A stretch of DNA of 64,000 nt from NCBI GenBank assembly GCA_965206275.1, contig OZ242203.1, positions 1,123,190-1,187,189 of the forward strand, written 5' to 3'. This document shows positions 1 to 9,255 of the stretch, one piece after another. Positions within the stretch are counted from its first letter, which is position 1. The number at the start of each line of letters is the position of its first letter. A program made the translations under genes and the position numbers. The notes below the pieces were generated by a model, which searched no databases, was not told the origin of the DNA, and saw only the letters and a program-made list of their open reading frames with translations. The DNA is from Dehalococcoidia bacterium (lineage in GTDB: Bacteria > Chloroflexota > Dehalococcoidia > UBA6926).

Positions 1-1
1 G

Positions 2-1423
2 TACGAGGTGTCGAACGCGCGGGTGAGTTCCTATCGGGCGGGCTACGTGCCGGAGGAGCGGCGAGAGATTGAGGCCGCGCTGTCCACCGGCGAGTTGACG
101 GGCGTCGTGACGACGAACGCGTTGGAGCTGGGAATCGACATCGGCCACCTGGACGCGACGGTGCTGAACGGCTACCCCGGCTCACTTGCGTCCACGTTCC
201 AACAGGCGGGGCGGTCCGGGCGGCGGGGCGAGCGCGGCCTGTCCATCATGGTCGTATACGACAACCCGCTTGAGCAGTACCTGGCGCGGCACCCGGATAT
301 TTTGTTCCGTCGGGGGATGGAGCATGCCCGTATCTCCACCACGAACCCGCGCATCCTCGATCCGCACCTGGTGTGCGCGGCGGTGGAGGCGCCCATCGGC
401 GAGATTCCGGGGGATACTGAGTTGTTCGGGGGAGATGAGACGGTCGCTGCGGCGTTGGAACGGCTCTCGCAGGACAGCTACCTGATTGGGCGGGAGCGGC
501 GGGGTACGGAGCGGTGGTACCCCCATCCCAAGGCGGGGGCGCATCCGGCAAGCGACGTTTCGCTGCGCTCAACGTCCGGCGACAACTATGTGCTCGTTGA
601 GGAGACGACGGGCGCGGTGCTGGAGACCATCGCTGAGGAACACGCCTTTGCCTACGCGCATGAAGGGGCAGTGTACCTGCATCGTGGCGAGCAGTTCATG
701 GTCAGCGATCTGAATCTCACCACAAAGAACGCCATGCTGCAGCGGACCAACGTGGAGTACTACACCACATCAATGGCGGACACGGATATGACCGTGCTCA
801 AGACGGATCGAGACAAGAAAGATGGCAAGGTCAAGGCGTCCGTCGGGCAGGTCAGAGTGGAGCGGACGGTGTACAAGTTCAGCCGTCGCCGGCATGACCG
901 GAATGACAATCTCTCCTACGGGGACGTGGACCTGCCGCCGCGCAGCTTCGAAACGGTGGGGCTGTGGTGGACGGTTCCCGGAAAGATGGTTGAGTCGCTC
1001 AGAGAGCACGCGCCGGAGCCTCCGCCCGGGAAGGATGCTGCCAAGGAGGCGAATGCGCTTGAGGACGCGTTCGTCACAAGCGCGCTGCACGCCTGTGAGC
1101 ATGCTTGCATCAGCCTCTTGCCGCTGTTCGCGCTGTGCGACCGGAACGACATTGGCGGGCTATCGACTCCATACCATCCAGATACGAAACAGGCGACGAT
1201 CTTCATTTATGACGGCATCCCGGGCGGGGTCGGTATCGCTGAGCGAGGCTACGACGTGCTGCGTGAGTTGTGGCAGGAGACCCTCACGATGCTGAACGAA
1301 TGCCCGTGTGAGAACGGGTGCCCCTCATGCGTGCAGTCGCCGAAGTGCGGCAACAACAACGAGATGCTGGACAAGCGCGGGGCGCGGCTGCTTTTGGAGA
1401 TGTTGGTGGGGGAGACACAATAG
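2..1423 (+). CDS. DEAD/DEAH-box helicase with C-terminal DUF1998 Zn-binding domain (MrfA/SftH/Hrq1-like), 5'-truncated by the window edge
   Basis: Helicase C-terminal motifs TNALELGIDIG and QQAGRSGR; C-terminal C-x-C-x3-C-x2-C (CPCENGCPSC) and IYDGIPGGVG typical of DUF1998; frame open to window start. Confidence 0.85.
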   Translation, partial: YEVSNARVSSYRAGYVPEERREIEAALSTGELTGVVTTNALELGIDIGHLDATVLNGYPGSLASTFQQAGRSGRRGERGLSIMVVYDNPLEQYLARHPDILFRRGMEHARISTTNPRILDPHLVCAAVEAPIGEIPGDTELFGGDETVAAALERLSQDSYLIGRERRGTERWYPHPKAGAHPASDVSLRSTSGDNYVLVEETTGAVLETIAEEHAFAYAHEGAVYLHRGEQFMVSDLNLTTKNAMLQRTNVEYYTTSMADTDMTVLKTDRDKKDGKVKASVGQVRVERTVYKFSRRRHDRNDNLSYGDVDLPPRSFETVGLWWTVPGKMVESLREHAPEPPPGKDAAKEANALEDAFVTSALHACEHACISLLPLFALCDRNDIGGLSTPYHPDTKQATIFIYDGIPGGVGIAERGYDVLRELWQETLTMLNECPCENGCPSCVQSPKCGNNNEMLDKRGARLLLEMLVGETQ

Positions 1424-1465
1424 CTCCCAACGGGGCGTAGAATGGTGTCCGTGCGAGGTGAACGC

Positions 1466-1741
1466 GTGGAACTGTATCAATTGGATTACGTCCTCCATGA
1501 GCCCTCCGAAGAACACGGCGGCCTCTACATGGCCGAGATTCCGGAACTTCCCGGCTGCCGTGCATGGGCCGAGACTGCCAAGGAGACCCTTGCTGAATTG
1601 AGCGCGGTCGCCGAGCAATTCATTCTCTCGTACAAGGATCGCGGCAAACCCCTGCCCGGGGTTCACGACATCGCAATAGAGACTTGGCGACGGGAACCCT
1701 CCACACTAAACTGTTGTGACCATAAAGGGAGATTGTTTTAG
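1466..1741 (+). CDS. HicB-family antitoxin-like protein
   Basis: YMAEIPELPGCRAWAETAKETLAEL is the HicB N-terminal signature; GAGGTG SD precedes GTG at 1466. Confidence 0.75.
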   Translation: MELYQLDYVLHEPSEEHGGLYMAEIPELPGCRAWAETAKETLAELSAVAEQFILSYKDRGKPLPGVHDIAIETWRREPSTLNCCDHKGRLF

Positions 1742-1769
1742 AAGATCTTAAGTTTATGGCAGGCGTTCA

Positions 1770-2339
1770 ATGATCGTATGGTGGACACTACTCATGGTCT
1801 CGGGGATTATCGCTATCCTCTGGGTGCCCTTATCTATTGTCATTGCTCCTTTCGCTGCCGCCATAACAATGAGACAAGCTTACTTACGGCGACTTAACAT
1901 CCGGTACTATGGGCTCATTGGGGCGCTATATTCAGCATGCCTCTTTATTCCATGGACTTATTTGTTCATACGAATGAGGGGGAGGAGATTTCCAATTGCA
2001 TTCATGGTGGCCAGCTATGTCATGGTCTACAGCTTTTGGGCACTATTTCTGTTATCTTCCTTTATCGAACTTAATCGAATCTTCACGACCCCCATATATC
2101 AGCATCACAGAACTAACCCGATTACTATATTCGCTATGTTGATGGTAGTTGTCGGAATTTTTGTCGCCGTTAGATATGCCCTTGTTTTGACTCAGAGTGA
2201 TTCGCAAGTCCATTTACAGAATGATACTGTGGAGAATGGATACCGCTTTGGCGAAATCAAATACGTTGTGCCGTTCATGCTTGCTGAAGCCCAAGCCGTA
2301 GTGTTTTTCCTTCTATCGATTGGCACGATAAGTTCTTAG
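1770..2339 (+). CDS. hypothetical multi-pass membrane protein (lower GC than flanks)
   Basis: 189-aa ORF with several hydrophobic segments in a visibly AT-richer stretch. Confidence 0.6.
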   Translation: MIVWWTLLMVSGIIAILWVPLSIVIAPFAAAITMRQAYLRRLNIRYYGLIGALYSACLFIPWTYLFIRMRGRRFPIAFMVASYVMVYSFWALFLLSSFIELNRIFTTPIYQHHRTNPITIFAMLMVVVGIFVAVRYALVLTQSDSQVHLQNDTVENGYRFGEIKYVVPFMLAEAQAVVFFLLSIGTISS

Positions 2340-2418
2340 CGCGATTGGAGATTAGCTGAGGACAGGAGGTGGAACCGTTCGCACGCGGAGTGTTCGTATC
2401 GAGTCGACCGGCGGCATT

Positions 2419-3039
2419 GTGCTGGAGGGGCAGCTTGATTTGCCCGATGAGGGCGCAGCGACGCCATCGGCGGGCGTTGTGATCTGTCATCCGCATCCGC
2501 AGTACGGCGGGGAGATGACGAACAACGTAGTGATGGCCGTTTCGTCGAGCGTCGTGGCGTATGGGCTTGCGGCGCTGCGGTTCAACTTCCGCGGCGCGGG
2601 GCGCAGCGGCGGCTCGTACGACAACGGCGTCGGTGAGCAGGACGACGCGTTGGCAGCGCTGGATGCTCTGGCCGCAGGCTCCGTTTCCGACGAATTGCCC
2701 AATGAGATGCGCGTCGCGTTGGCAGGGTATTCATTCGGCGGGGGTGTGGCGCTGGGAGCCGCGGGGCGGGCGGAGAATCTTGCCGCGTTGGCGCTGATCT
2801 CTCCGGCCATGGGCGACGGCAAACCGGACGCGTATGCGGCACTGACGATGCCGAAGCTCATTGCCACGGGCGAGGCAGACAACTTCGCGACGGTGGAGCG
2901 GGTGCGGGGTCTGGCAGGGATGCTGCCGGGCGTGACGGAGATCTACATCGCGCCGCAGACGGACCATTTCTGGTGGGGCGAGGAGATGAACCTGGGCCGC
3001 CGCGTGGGAGAGTTCTTGAGTTCTGCGGTGGGGCGATAG
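2419..3039 (+). CDS. alpha/beta-fold hydrolase (CHPHP..GG.M.N family)
   Basis: CHPHPQYGGEMTN, RFNFRGAGRS, nucleophile elbow GYSFG, C-terminal DHFW; true start may lie upstream (see findings). Confidence 0.85.
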   Translation: MLEGQLDLPDEGAATPSAGVVICHPHPQYGGEMTNNVVMAVSSSVVAYGLAALRFNFRGAGRSGGSYDNGVGEQDDALAALDALAAGSVSDELPNEMRVALAGYSFGGGVALGAAGRAENLAALALISPAMGDGKPDAYAALTMPKLIATGEADNFATVERVRGLAGMLPGVTEIYIAPQTDHFWWGEEMNLGRRVGEFLSSAVGR

Positions 3040-3051
3040 GCGATAACAGAA

Positions 3052-3083
3052 AGCCCCCGCCCATCGTGTAATGGGCGGGGGCT
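3052..3083. terminator. probable bidirectional intrinsic terminator
   Basis: Perfect 13-bp inverted repeat AGCCCCCGCCCAT / ATGGGCGGGGGCT between convergent genes, flanked by short A and T tracts. Confidence 0.75.
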
Positions 3084-3116
3084 ATTTCTCCGAAGAGTTG
3101 CCAGGTAGTCGTTTGG

Positions 3117-4208
3117 CTAACCTTTGCTCGGCATAGTGGCGATGACGGGACCGGGGCCGACGGAGGTGTTGCCGTTCGTCGAGAGGACGGACGTCAATTC
3201 CAGCTCGACCAGGTTCTCACCGTTCTCCTGCCACTTGCGCTTGACGGTGCCGCCCGTGACCACGGTGTCGCCAACGGTGCTGAACACGCGCATGCGGAAG
3301 GAGCCAATCTGCTTGATCTTGCCGCCCAAGCCGATGAACTCTCGCGCCACGCGCTCCCACATGCCGTTGTGGAAATAGTTCATGGCGTACATGTCCGCCG
3401 CGCCGCCCTCCTGGGCAACGTGCGTGTTGTGATGGATGGCGTTGAAGTCGCGATTCGCGCCCGCGGCCATAACCATGCGCTGAACCGTCAGCGGGTAATG
3501 GACGGCTGGGACCTCATCCCCCTCGTTCACGTCCTCCCAGTAACGCTGGAAATCCCAGTCGATGATCGGGTTGGCGCGGGGCTCGATGGCGCGAGCGGGC
3601 TTCTCGCCGTCGCCGCCCGCGGCTGCGGCAGCTGCTCCCGCGCCCGGGTTGGGGACGTAGGTGTAGCTGACCATGATCTGGCGGCCTACCGGCGTGCCGT
3701 CCTGGTTGTTCCACTTGTACTCGTATCGCAGGAACGCACCGTCGCCGACCCGTGTCTTGCGCGGATTGACGTCAAGCAGAACCTGGGACACCTGGGAGAC
3801 ACGGTCGCCGATGTACAGCGGCCTGAGCGTTTCCACCTCAAGATCCGTGACGAAGCCTGCGGTGCCGGGCGAGGGGACTTCCAGGGTCTTGCCTGCGCGG
3901 CCAGTGCCGGAGTTGCTGTAATGCGGATCATCCGTCGGCCAGATGCTGCCCATGCCCGGCTCCCACATGGAAGCGGTCTGGAAGACCTGGATCATATGGG
4001 CGGGGGCGAAAACGCCCTCGTAGCCGTACTTCTTCGCAATAGCCTCATCGAAGTGCAGCGGGCAGTCGAACTCCAGAACCTCCATCTGGCGACGGATGCC
4101 GCTTTGCTCAACGGCATCGATGCCCGTCTTGGGCTCGATCATGATGTCCTTGCCGAGGAGCTCGCGAGTTGGGCCCCACTCCAGTTCCGAGTCATTATTT
4201 GACGTCAT
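3117..4208 (-). CDS. double hot-dog MaoC/FAS1-like acyl dehydratase
   Basis: N-terminal FAS1-like dehydratase domain (PLHFDEAIAK..G.FAP) fused to a MaoC domain with RDFNAIHH motif. Confidence 0.8.
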   Translation of the reverse strand: MTSNNDSELEWGPTRELLGKDIMIEPKTGIDAVEQSGIRRQMEVLEFDCPLHFDEAIAKKYGYEGVFAPAHMIQVFQTASMWEPGMGSIWPTDDPHYSNSGTGRAGKTLEVPSPGTAGFVTDLEVETLRPLYIGDRVSQVSQVLLDVNPRKTRVGDGAFLRYEYKWNNQDGTPVGRQIMVSYTYVPNPGAGAAAAAAGGDGEKPARAIEPRANPIIDWDFQRYWEDVNEGDEVPAVHYPLTVQRMVMAAGANRDFNAIHHNTHVAQEGGAADMYAMNYFHNGMWERVAREFIGLGGKIKQIGSFRMRVFSTVGDTVVTGGTVKRKWQENGENLVELELTSVLSTNGNTSVGPGPVIATMPSKG

Positions 4209-4313
4209 CGTCCTCTCCTTACCCCTTGTTTCACCGTGTGCGGCGCATTACGCCGGACAGGGAAATAGTGGCGGATTGCGGGCACGGGCGCAAGCGGGGG
4301 CGTTCACGGCTCC

Positions 4314-4340
4314 GGTTTCTTCGCTTCGCTCAGAATGACA
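4314..4340 (+). repeat. short palindromic element, type B variant
   Basis: GGTTTCTTCGCTTCGCTCAGAATGACA resembles copies at 10156, 23427, 26651. Confidence 0.65.
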
Positions 4341-4380
4341 TGGGGCAGGGTATCCTACAGGTTGCCGAAGGGATACACAG

Positions 4381-4947
4381 ATGACTCAGGGTAGCGGCGA
4401 AAGAAGCGGGCGGGGGAGCGCGGCCAATCGCAAGGGGCTTGTCATCGTCAATACGGGCGACGGCAAAGGCAAGACGACGGCCGCGCTTGGGGTGTTGTTT
4501 CGCGCGTGGGGACGGGGGATGAACACGCAGGTGTTCCAGTTCATCAAGCACACAGGCTCGCGTTTCGGAGAAAGTCGCGCTGCGGACAGACTGGAAATTC
4601 CATGGAGCGCAATGGGCGATGGGTTCACGTGGCTTAGCAAGGACATCGATGCGTCTGCCGACATGGCTCGGGCGCAGTGGGAGGATGCGAGCAAGGCGAT
4701 CCTCGCCGGAGAGCGCGAGTTAATCATCCTGGATGAATTTACCTACCCGCTCGCGTACGGCTGGGTTGATGTGGGTGACGTCATTGAGGTTTTAAAGCAG
4801 AGGCCGGAGATGATGCACGTCATCATCACAGGGCGCAATGCGCCGCAGGCGTTGATCGATTACGCCGATCTTGTGACGGAGATGCGCGAGATCAAGCACC
4901 CGTTCAATGAGCAGGGCATCCGCGCTCAGCCGGGCATCGAGTTCTGA
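4381..4947 (+). CDS. cobO: cob(I)yrinic acid a,c-diamide adenosyltransferase
   Basis: NTGDGKGKTTAALG, QFIK, ILDE, ITGR, KHPF..G..AQPGIEF. Confidence 0.93.
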   Translation: MTQGSGERSGRGSAANRKGLVIVNTGDGKGKTTAALGVLFRAWGRGMNTQVFQFIKHTGSRFGESRAADRLEIPWSAMGDGFTWLSKDIDASADMARAQWEDASKAILAGERELIILDEFTYPLAYGWVDVGDVIEVLKQRPEMMHVIITGRNAPQALIDYADLVTEMREIKHPFNEQGIRAQPGIEF

Positions 4948-4950
4948 GCG

Positions 4951-6045
4951 ATGACGACCCCTGCCCCATCCCTTGAGCACGCTGTCGACGCCATACGTCC
5001 GCCGGACGCCGACGCGATGAGTCGGGCGGCGGCGCGTCAGGCCACGTTGACCAAGCCGCCGGGGAGCCTCGGGCAGCTTGAAGAGTTGTCGATATGGCTC
5101 GCCGGGATCCTCCGCACGGAGCAGCCGCGCATCGGCGGCAAGGCAATCGTCATTGCGGCGGCGGATCACGGCGTGGTCGCGCAGGGAGTCGCGGCGTATC
5201 CGCAGGACGTGACGGCACAGATGGTGCTCAATTTCCTGTCGGGCGGCGCGGCGATCAACGTGATGTGTCGGCAACTGGGCATCCGGCAAATCATCGTCGA
5301 TGCCGGTGTTGCGACGGAACTGCCACCTCATTCGGACCTGCGCTCTCTTGGGATCGGGCGAGGCACGACCGATATGACGCAGGGCCCGGCGATGACGCGC
5401 GAGCAGGCGCGGGCATGCCTTGAGGCGGGCATCAGTCTCGCGCAGGAGTGCGTTGAGAGTGGAATCGACCTCATCGGCACGGGCGATATGGGCATCGGCA
5501 ACACGACGGCGTCCGCGGCCATCACATCGGTCGTGACAGGTCTGCCGCCGGAGGAAACCACCGGCGACGGAGCGGGGCGGCCTGCGGCGGGGCTGGACCA
5601 CAAGGTAGAGGTCATCAAGCGAGCGATTGATGTCAACAGGCCGGACCCTGCGGACGGTCTCGCGGTTCTGTCCGGCGTGGGCGGGTTTGAGATCGGCGTG
5701 TTGACGGGAGTGATGATCGGCGCGGCCGCAAGTGGCAGGCCGGTCGTGCTGGACGGGTTCATCTCGGGAGCGGCTGGGCTCATCGCGAACGCAATTGCAT
5801 CAGCTACGCGGGACTATATGATCGCGGCGCACCTATCTGCGGAACGTGGACATCACTCTGTCCTTGATTTTCTTAACCTGACGCCCCTGCTGGACCTTAA
5901 TATGCGGCTGGGCGAGGGGACGGGGACGGCGCTGGCGATGCCGATCATCGAGGCGGCTGCAGCCACCCTGTCGGACATGGCGACATTCGACGAGGCGGGA
6001 GTGTCCGGCCCTGCGGACGAGCCGGGGGTGAGGGGGGTCGAATAG
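4951..6045 (+). CDS. cobT: nicotinate-nucleotide--dimethylbenzimidazole phosphoribosyltransferase
   Basis: LTKPPGSLGQLE, AADHGV, GDMGIGNTT, GGFEIG, MRLGEGTG. Confidence 0.95.
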   Translation: MTTPAPSLEHAVDAIRPPDADAMSRAAARQATLTKPPGSLGQLEELSIWLAGILRTEQPRIGGKAIVIAAADHGVVAQGVAAYPQDVTAQMVLNFLSGGAAINVMCRQLGIRQIIVDAGVATELPPHSDLRSLGIGRGTTDMTQGPAMTREQARACLEAGISLAQECVESGIDLIGTGDMGIGNTTASAAITSVVTGLPPEETTGDGAGRPAAGLDHKVEVIKRAIDVNRPDPADGLAVLSGVGGFEIGVLTGVMIGAAASGRPVVLDGFISGAAGLIANAIASATRDYMIAAHLSAERGHHSVLDFLNLTPLLDLNMRLGEGTGTALAMPIIEAAAATLSDMATFDEAGVSGPADEPGVRGVE

Positions 6046-6878
6046 TGAACGGCCTGTACGCCGCCATTGGGTTCCTGACCATCATCCCGATGCCTCGCGT
6101 GAGCGACGGGGCGCTGGCGTGGGCGCGGATGTGGTTCCCTGTGGTCGGGCTTGGCATCGGCGGGCTGTTGGCCAGCCTTGACTACGCCCTGCGGGAAGGC
6201 TTCTGGACGCTCACCGACGTCGGTTTCCCCTCCCTGCTGCTCGCCGCGCTGATCCTTGCTCTTCTTGTGATTGTCACGCGGGCGCTGCACTTGGACGGTT
6301 TCATGGACACGTGCGACGCGCTATTTGGCGGTGACACTGCGGAGCGGCGACTGGAGATCATGCGGGATTCGCGGGTTGGGTCGTTCGCGGTAGCGGGCGC
6401 TCTCTGTCTCTTTCTAATCAGCTTCGCCGCCATCGTCTCGCTGTGGCCTCCGGGTCGTTTCTGGGCGCTCTTGCTTATTCCCTGCCTCTCGCGGTGGGCG
6501 ATGGTGGTGACGATGGCGGCGTTTCCCTACGCCCGGGGCGAGGAGGGACTCGGGGCAGCGTTTCTCAAAGGAAACTCGGGTGTGCAGACGGTTATCGCGA
6601 CTGTGTTGGCGGTTGTAGCGGCAGTTGCGTTTGCCGGGGCAACCGGTGTCGTCTTGCTCGCTGTGGCGGGCGCTGTGGCGCTGATCGTTGGGCGGATAGC
6701 GACGAGTCGGCTTGGCGGCGTGACCGGCGACATCTACGGCGCGGTGAATGAGCTGGCGACAATGGTGATGCTGGTGGCGGTATCACTGATCGTTTTGGGC
6801 GACGTTCTGCCGTTGGAACCGATATGGTCCGGAATGGATATCGACTTTGGCCTCGGGGATGATTCCTATGCGCCGTAG
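6045..6878 (+). CDS. cobS: adenosylcobinamide-GDP ribazoletransferase (cobalamin synthase)
   Basis: FLTIIP, LHLDGFMDTCD, IMRDSRVGSF, GGVTGDIYGA. Confidence 0.93.
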   Translation: MNGLYAAIGFLTIIPMPRVSDGALAWARMWFPVVGLGIGGLLASLDYALREGFWTLTDVGFPSLLLAALILALLVIVTRALHLDGFMDTCDALFGGDTAERRLEIMRDSRVGSFAVAGALCLFLISFAAIVSLWPPGRFWALLLIPCLSRWAMVVTMAAFPYARGEEGLGAAFLKGNSGVQTVIATVLAVVAAVAFAGATGVVLLAVAGAVALIVGRIATSRLGGVTGDIYGAVNELATMVMLVAVSLIVLGDVLPLEPIWSGMDIDFGLGDDSYAP

Positions 6879-6887
6879 AGGAGCGTG

Positions 6888-7451
6888 ATGGGCGCGGGAC
6901 TGACACTCATCATCGGCGGGGCGCGATCCGGCAAGAGCGCGTTCGCGGAGAAGCTGGCGGCGCAGTATGAACACGTGCTGTTCGTCGCGACGGCGGAGGC
7001 GCTTGACGAGGAGATGGAACGGCGCATCGAGAAGCATCAACGCAATCGTCCGGACACCTGGCGCACGCTGGAAGAGCCGCGTGATGTCGCGGAGGTCATT
7101 TCCAGTAGCGACCTGGCTCACGATGTTCTGCTGTTCGACTGCCTGACGCTGTGGGTGAGCAAGTTGCTGCTGGACATGGAGGAGGGGGTGGACGCGGAAC
7201 AGCACATCGCGGCAGAGGCTGAGCGGTTGCTCGCTGTGTATGAAGCTTCTGACGCAGAGTGGGTTGTCGTGACGAATGAGGTGGGTGAAGGCATAGTGCC
7301 GCCGACGGTGTTGGGTCGGGCTTTCCAGGATGCGCTCGGTCGAGTGAACCAGATCTTCGCGGCACGGGCGGACAGGGTCTATCAGATGACGGCGGGGTTG
7401 GCGGTAGACCTGAAGGCGATGGGCGGGAGGCCGTACGGAGACGTGGACTAA
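6888..7451 (+). CDS. cobU: bifunctional adenosylcobinamide kinase / adenosylcobinamide-phosphate guanylyltransferase
   Basis: GGARSGKS, EMERRIEKH, DCLTLW, VTNEVG.GIVP. Confidence 0.93.
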   Translation: MGAGLTLIIGGARSGKSAFAEKLAAQYEHVLFVATAEALDEEMERRIEKHQRNRPDTWRTLEEPRDVAEVISSSDLAHDVLLFDCLTLWVSKLLLDMEEGVDAEQHIAAEAERLLAVYEASDAEWVVVTNEVGEGIVPPTVLGRAFQDALGRVNQIFAARADRVYQMTAGLAVDLKAMGGRPYGDVD

Positions 7452-7488
7452 GCGCGTCCCTGCTACAATCGCGGAACGCGAACATTTC

Positions 7489-7514
7489 TGGATTCCCGCT
7501 TTCGCGGGAATGAC
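7489..7514 (+). repeat. short palindromic element, type A (ATTCCC-N8-GGGAAT core)
   Basis: TGGATTCCCGCTTTCGCGGGAATGAC, identical to 10095-10120. Confidence 0.85.
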
Positions 7515-7531
7515 GGGGGAGACATCAACTA

Positions 7532-8443
7532 ATGACACAAGAGAATCGGCCGAGCGGCCCACCGGAGCCTGTTGATGATGAGAGCGGCGGCCAGCCCGTC
7601 CTGTATGAGACGGCGGAGGAGGGCAGCGTCGCCATCGTGACCCTGCACCGTCCCGGCGTGCTCAACGCCATCAACGGCGCGTTGACGGAGGCGCTCAAGG
7701 AGGCGCTCGCCAAGGCGGATGCGGACGATGACGTGCGCGTCGTGATCATTCGCGGCGCGGGCCGCGCTTTCTCCGCCGGCGGCGACATCACGGAGTCGTC
7801 CCGCCGCATCCTGGCCAACGATGATTCGCTGGAGCGCGCGACGCCCGGCGCGGCGCACATCACGGTGTGGGAGCTGGGCAAGCCGGTCATCGCAGCCGTG
7901 CATGGGTACGCCATCGGACTGGCGTTTGAGTTGGCCGGTGTGTGCGATTTCACAGTTTTGGCAGACGACGCGAAAGTGGGCGAGATCCAGATTCGGCACG
8001 GCTACGGCCCGCCGGTGTTGATGACGCCGTACGTGGTGACGCTGAAGCGTGCGAAGGAAATCCTGTTGCTGGGCGACATGGTGGACGCGCAGGAGGCGCT
8101 GGCGATGGGGCTGGTGAATCGCGTCGTGCCTGCTGACAAGGTGATGGAGGAGGCGCTGTCCATCGCGCGGCGCATCGCGGCGCTGCCCGCGGCGACGGTT
8201 CGGATGAACAAGGCGCTCATCAACCGCTCGTATGAGGTGGGCGGGTTCCGCACGGCTTTGAACTATCGCGATGACGAGGCGTTTGCCGATCTGTGGGCAT
8301 CATCGCAACAGGACGACGAGATACGGCAACGGCTGCAGGTGCTGCAGGACCGCGGCTGGGAGGCGTTCCGAAACGAGCGCGACGCCAAGTATCACGGCCG
8401 CACTGCTGAGGAAGAGGCGGCGGCGCGGGAGAGCGGGGGCTAG
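7532..8443 (+). CDS. enoyl-CoA hydratase/isomerase (crotonase) family protein
   Basis: AFSAGGD, KPVIAAVHGYAIGLAFELA, GLVNRVVP. Confidence 0.9.
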   Translation: MTQENRPSGPPEPVDDESGGQPVLYETAEEGSVAIVTLHRPGVLNAINGALTEALKEALAKADADDDVRVVIIRGAGRAFSAGGDITESSRRILANDDSLERATPGAAHITVWELGKPVIAAVHGYAIGLAFELAGVCDFTVLADDAKVGEIQIRHGYGPPVLMTPYVVTLKRAKEILLLGDMVDAQEALAMGLVNRVVPADKVMEEALSIARRIAALPAATVRMNKALINRSYEVGGFRTALNYRDDEAFADLWASSQQDDEIRQRLQVLQDRGWEAFRNERDAKYHGRTAEEEAAARESGG

Positions 8444-8500
8444 TATTCAGTCCCCAGCGCCTAGCCGATCACGCCGACAGGCAGTCCTGAGGGTACTCGC

Positions 8501-8653
8501 GTGATTCTGTACGTTGTCGGCATGGCCATCGGAATTGGCGTCGGGTTGTTCATCGGCGTGACGGTCGGGCCGCTGTGGGTGGGAATTGTGCTGGGCACGG
8601 CTATCGGTATCGCCCTTACTGTTGCGTTGCAACGGGGACGGGGCGAGAGGTGA
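8501..8653 (+). CDS. small glycine-rich two-helix membrane protein (50 aa, not in ORF track)
   Basis: GTG start after GAGGG; MILYVVGMAIGIGVGLFIGVTVGPLWVGIVLGTAIGIALTVALQRGRGER with GxxxG repeats and a basic tail. Confidence 0.6.
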   Translation: MILYVVGMAIGIGVGLFIGVTVGPLWVGIVLGTAIGIALTVALQRGRGER

Positions 8654-8684
8654 AGACAGATCCTGGCTGCCGGGTAACCGATCC

Positions 8685-9206
8685 TTAAAGTAAGTACCGT
8701 CTTGTGGTCCCTTTGGAATGAGACCAGATAAGTTCGTAGCCGGGGTCTATAGGTCCCCAATCACTTTCAATGATTCCTTCCTGATCGAGATTGGCGCAGA
8801 CCCACACAGCGCACGTGGGTAGGCCTCCATTGGCTTCGGAGTTGAATGCGAATACCGCAATTGCACCCGCATTGTCTGGGTCAAGCAAGGCGTTCTCATA
8901 GCCACCCCATGCTGAGGTCAGAACTCGGGTGCCATCGTCTCGACGCGTCAACTTGTCTGCATAGAGAGTAGCAATGACCTCAGGGTTAGTGTCGCTGCTA
9001 TCGACTTCAACTATAAAATTGACTTCGCGAATATTTGCATGCCCTTCTAGCAAATCAGGCAAGAATTGCACGGCTAGATCAATCGGAATTCTCGGCCCTG
9101 GGTCGCTATTCCCCGACGCAAGAGTGTCAGAAGGGGACAGTCTCTTAATCCATAAGAGAGATTCTCGCTCCCATTGCCGATCCAACCATTCACGAAGAGT
9201 TGGCAT
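8685..9206 (-). CDS. stand-alone EcoRII N-terminal (effector DNA-binding) domain protein
   Basis: W..IKRLS..DT..SG, LLDPDNAGAIAVFAF and VWVC..LDQEGIIE...GPIDPG parallel the EcoRII N-domain; no catalytic C-domain; AAGGAG SD. Confidence 0.75.
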   Translation of the reverse strand: MPTLREWLDRQWERESLLWIKRLSPSDTLASGNSDPGPRIPIDLAVQFLPDLLEGHANIREVNFIVEVDSSDTNPEVIATLYADKLTRRDDGTRVLTSAWGGYENALLDPDNAGAIAVFAFNSEANGGLPTCAVWVCANLDQEGIIESDWGPIDPGYELIWSHSKGTTRRYLL

Positions 9207-9255
9207 TTTTCTATGTCTCCTTCATCTGGGGGCAGAATCCTACCCAGAATGATGA

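Noticed and set aside
2-1423. DUF1998 helicase as part of a DISARM or Druantia defence system
   Set aside because: Helicase and DUF1998 are fused as in MrfA/Hrq1-type repair helicases, and no methylase or drm genes follow
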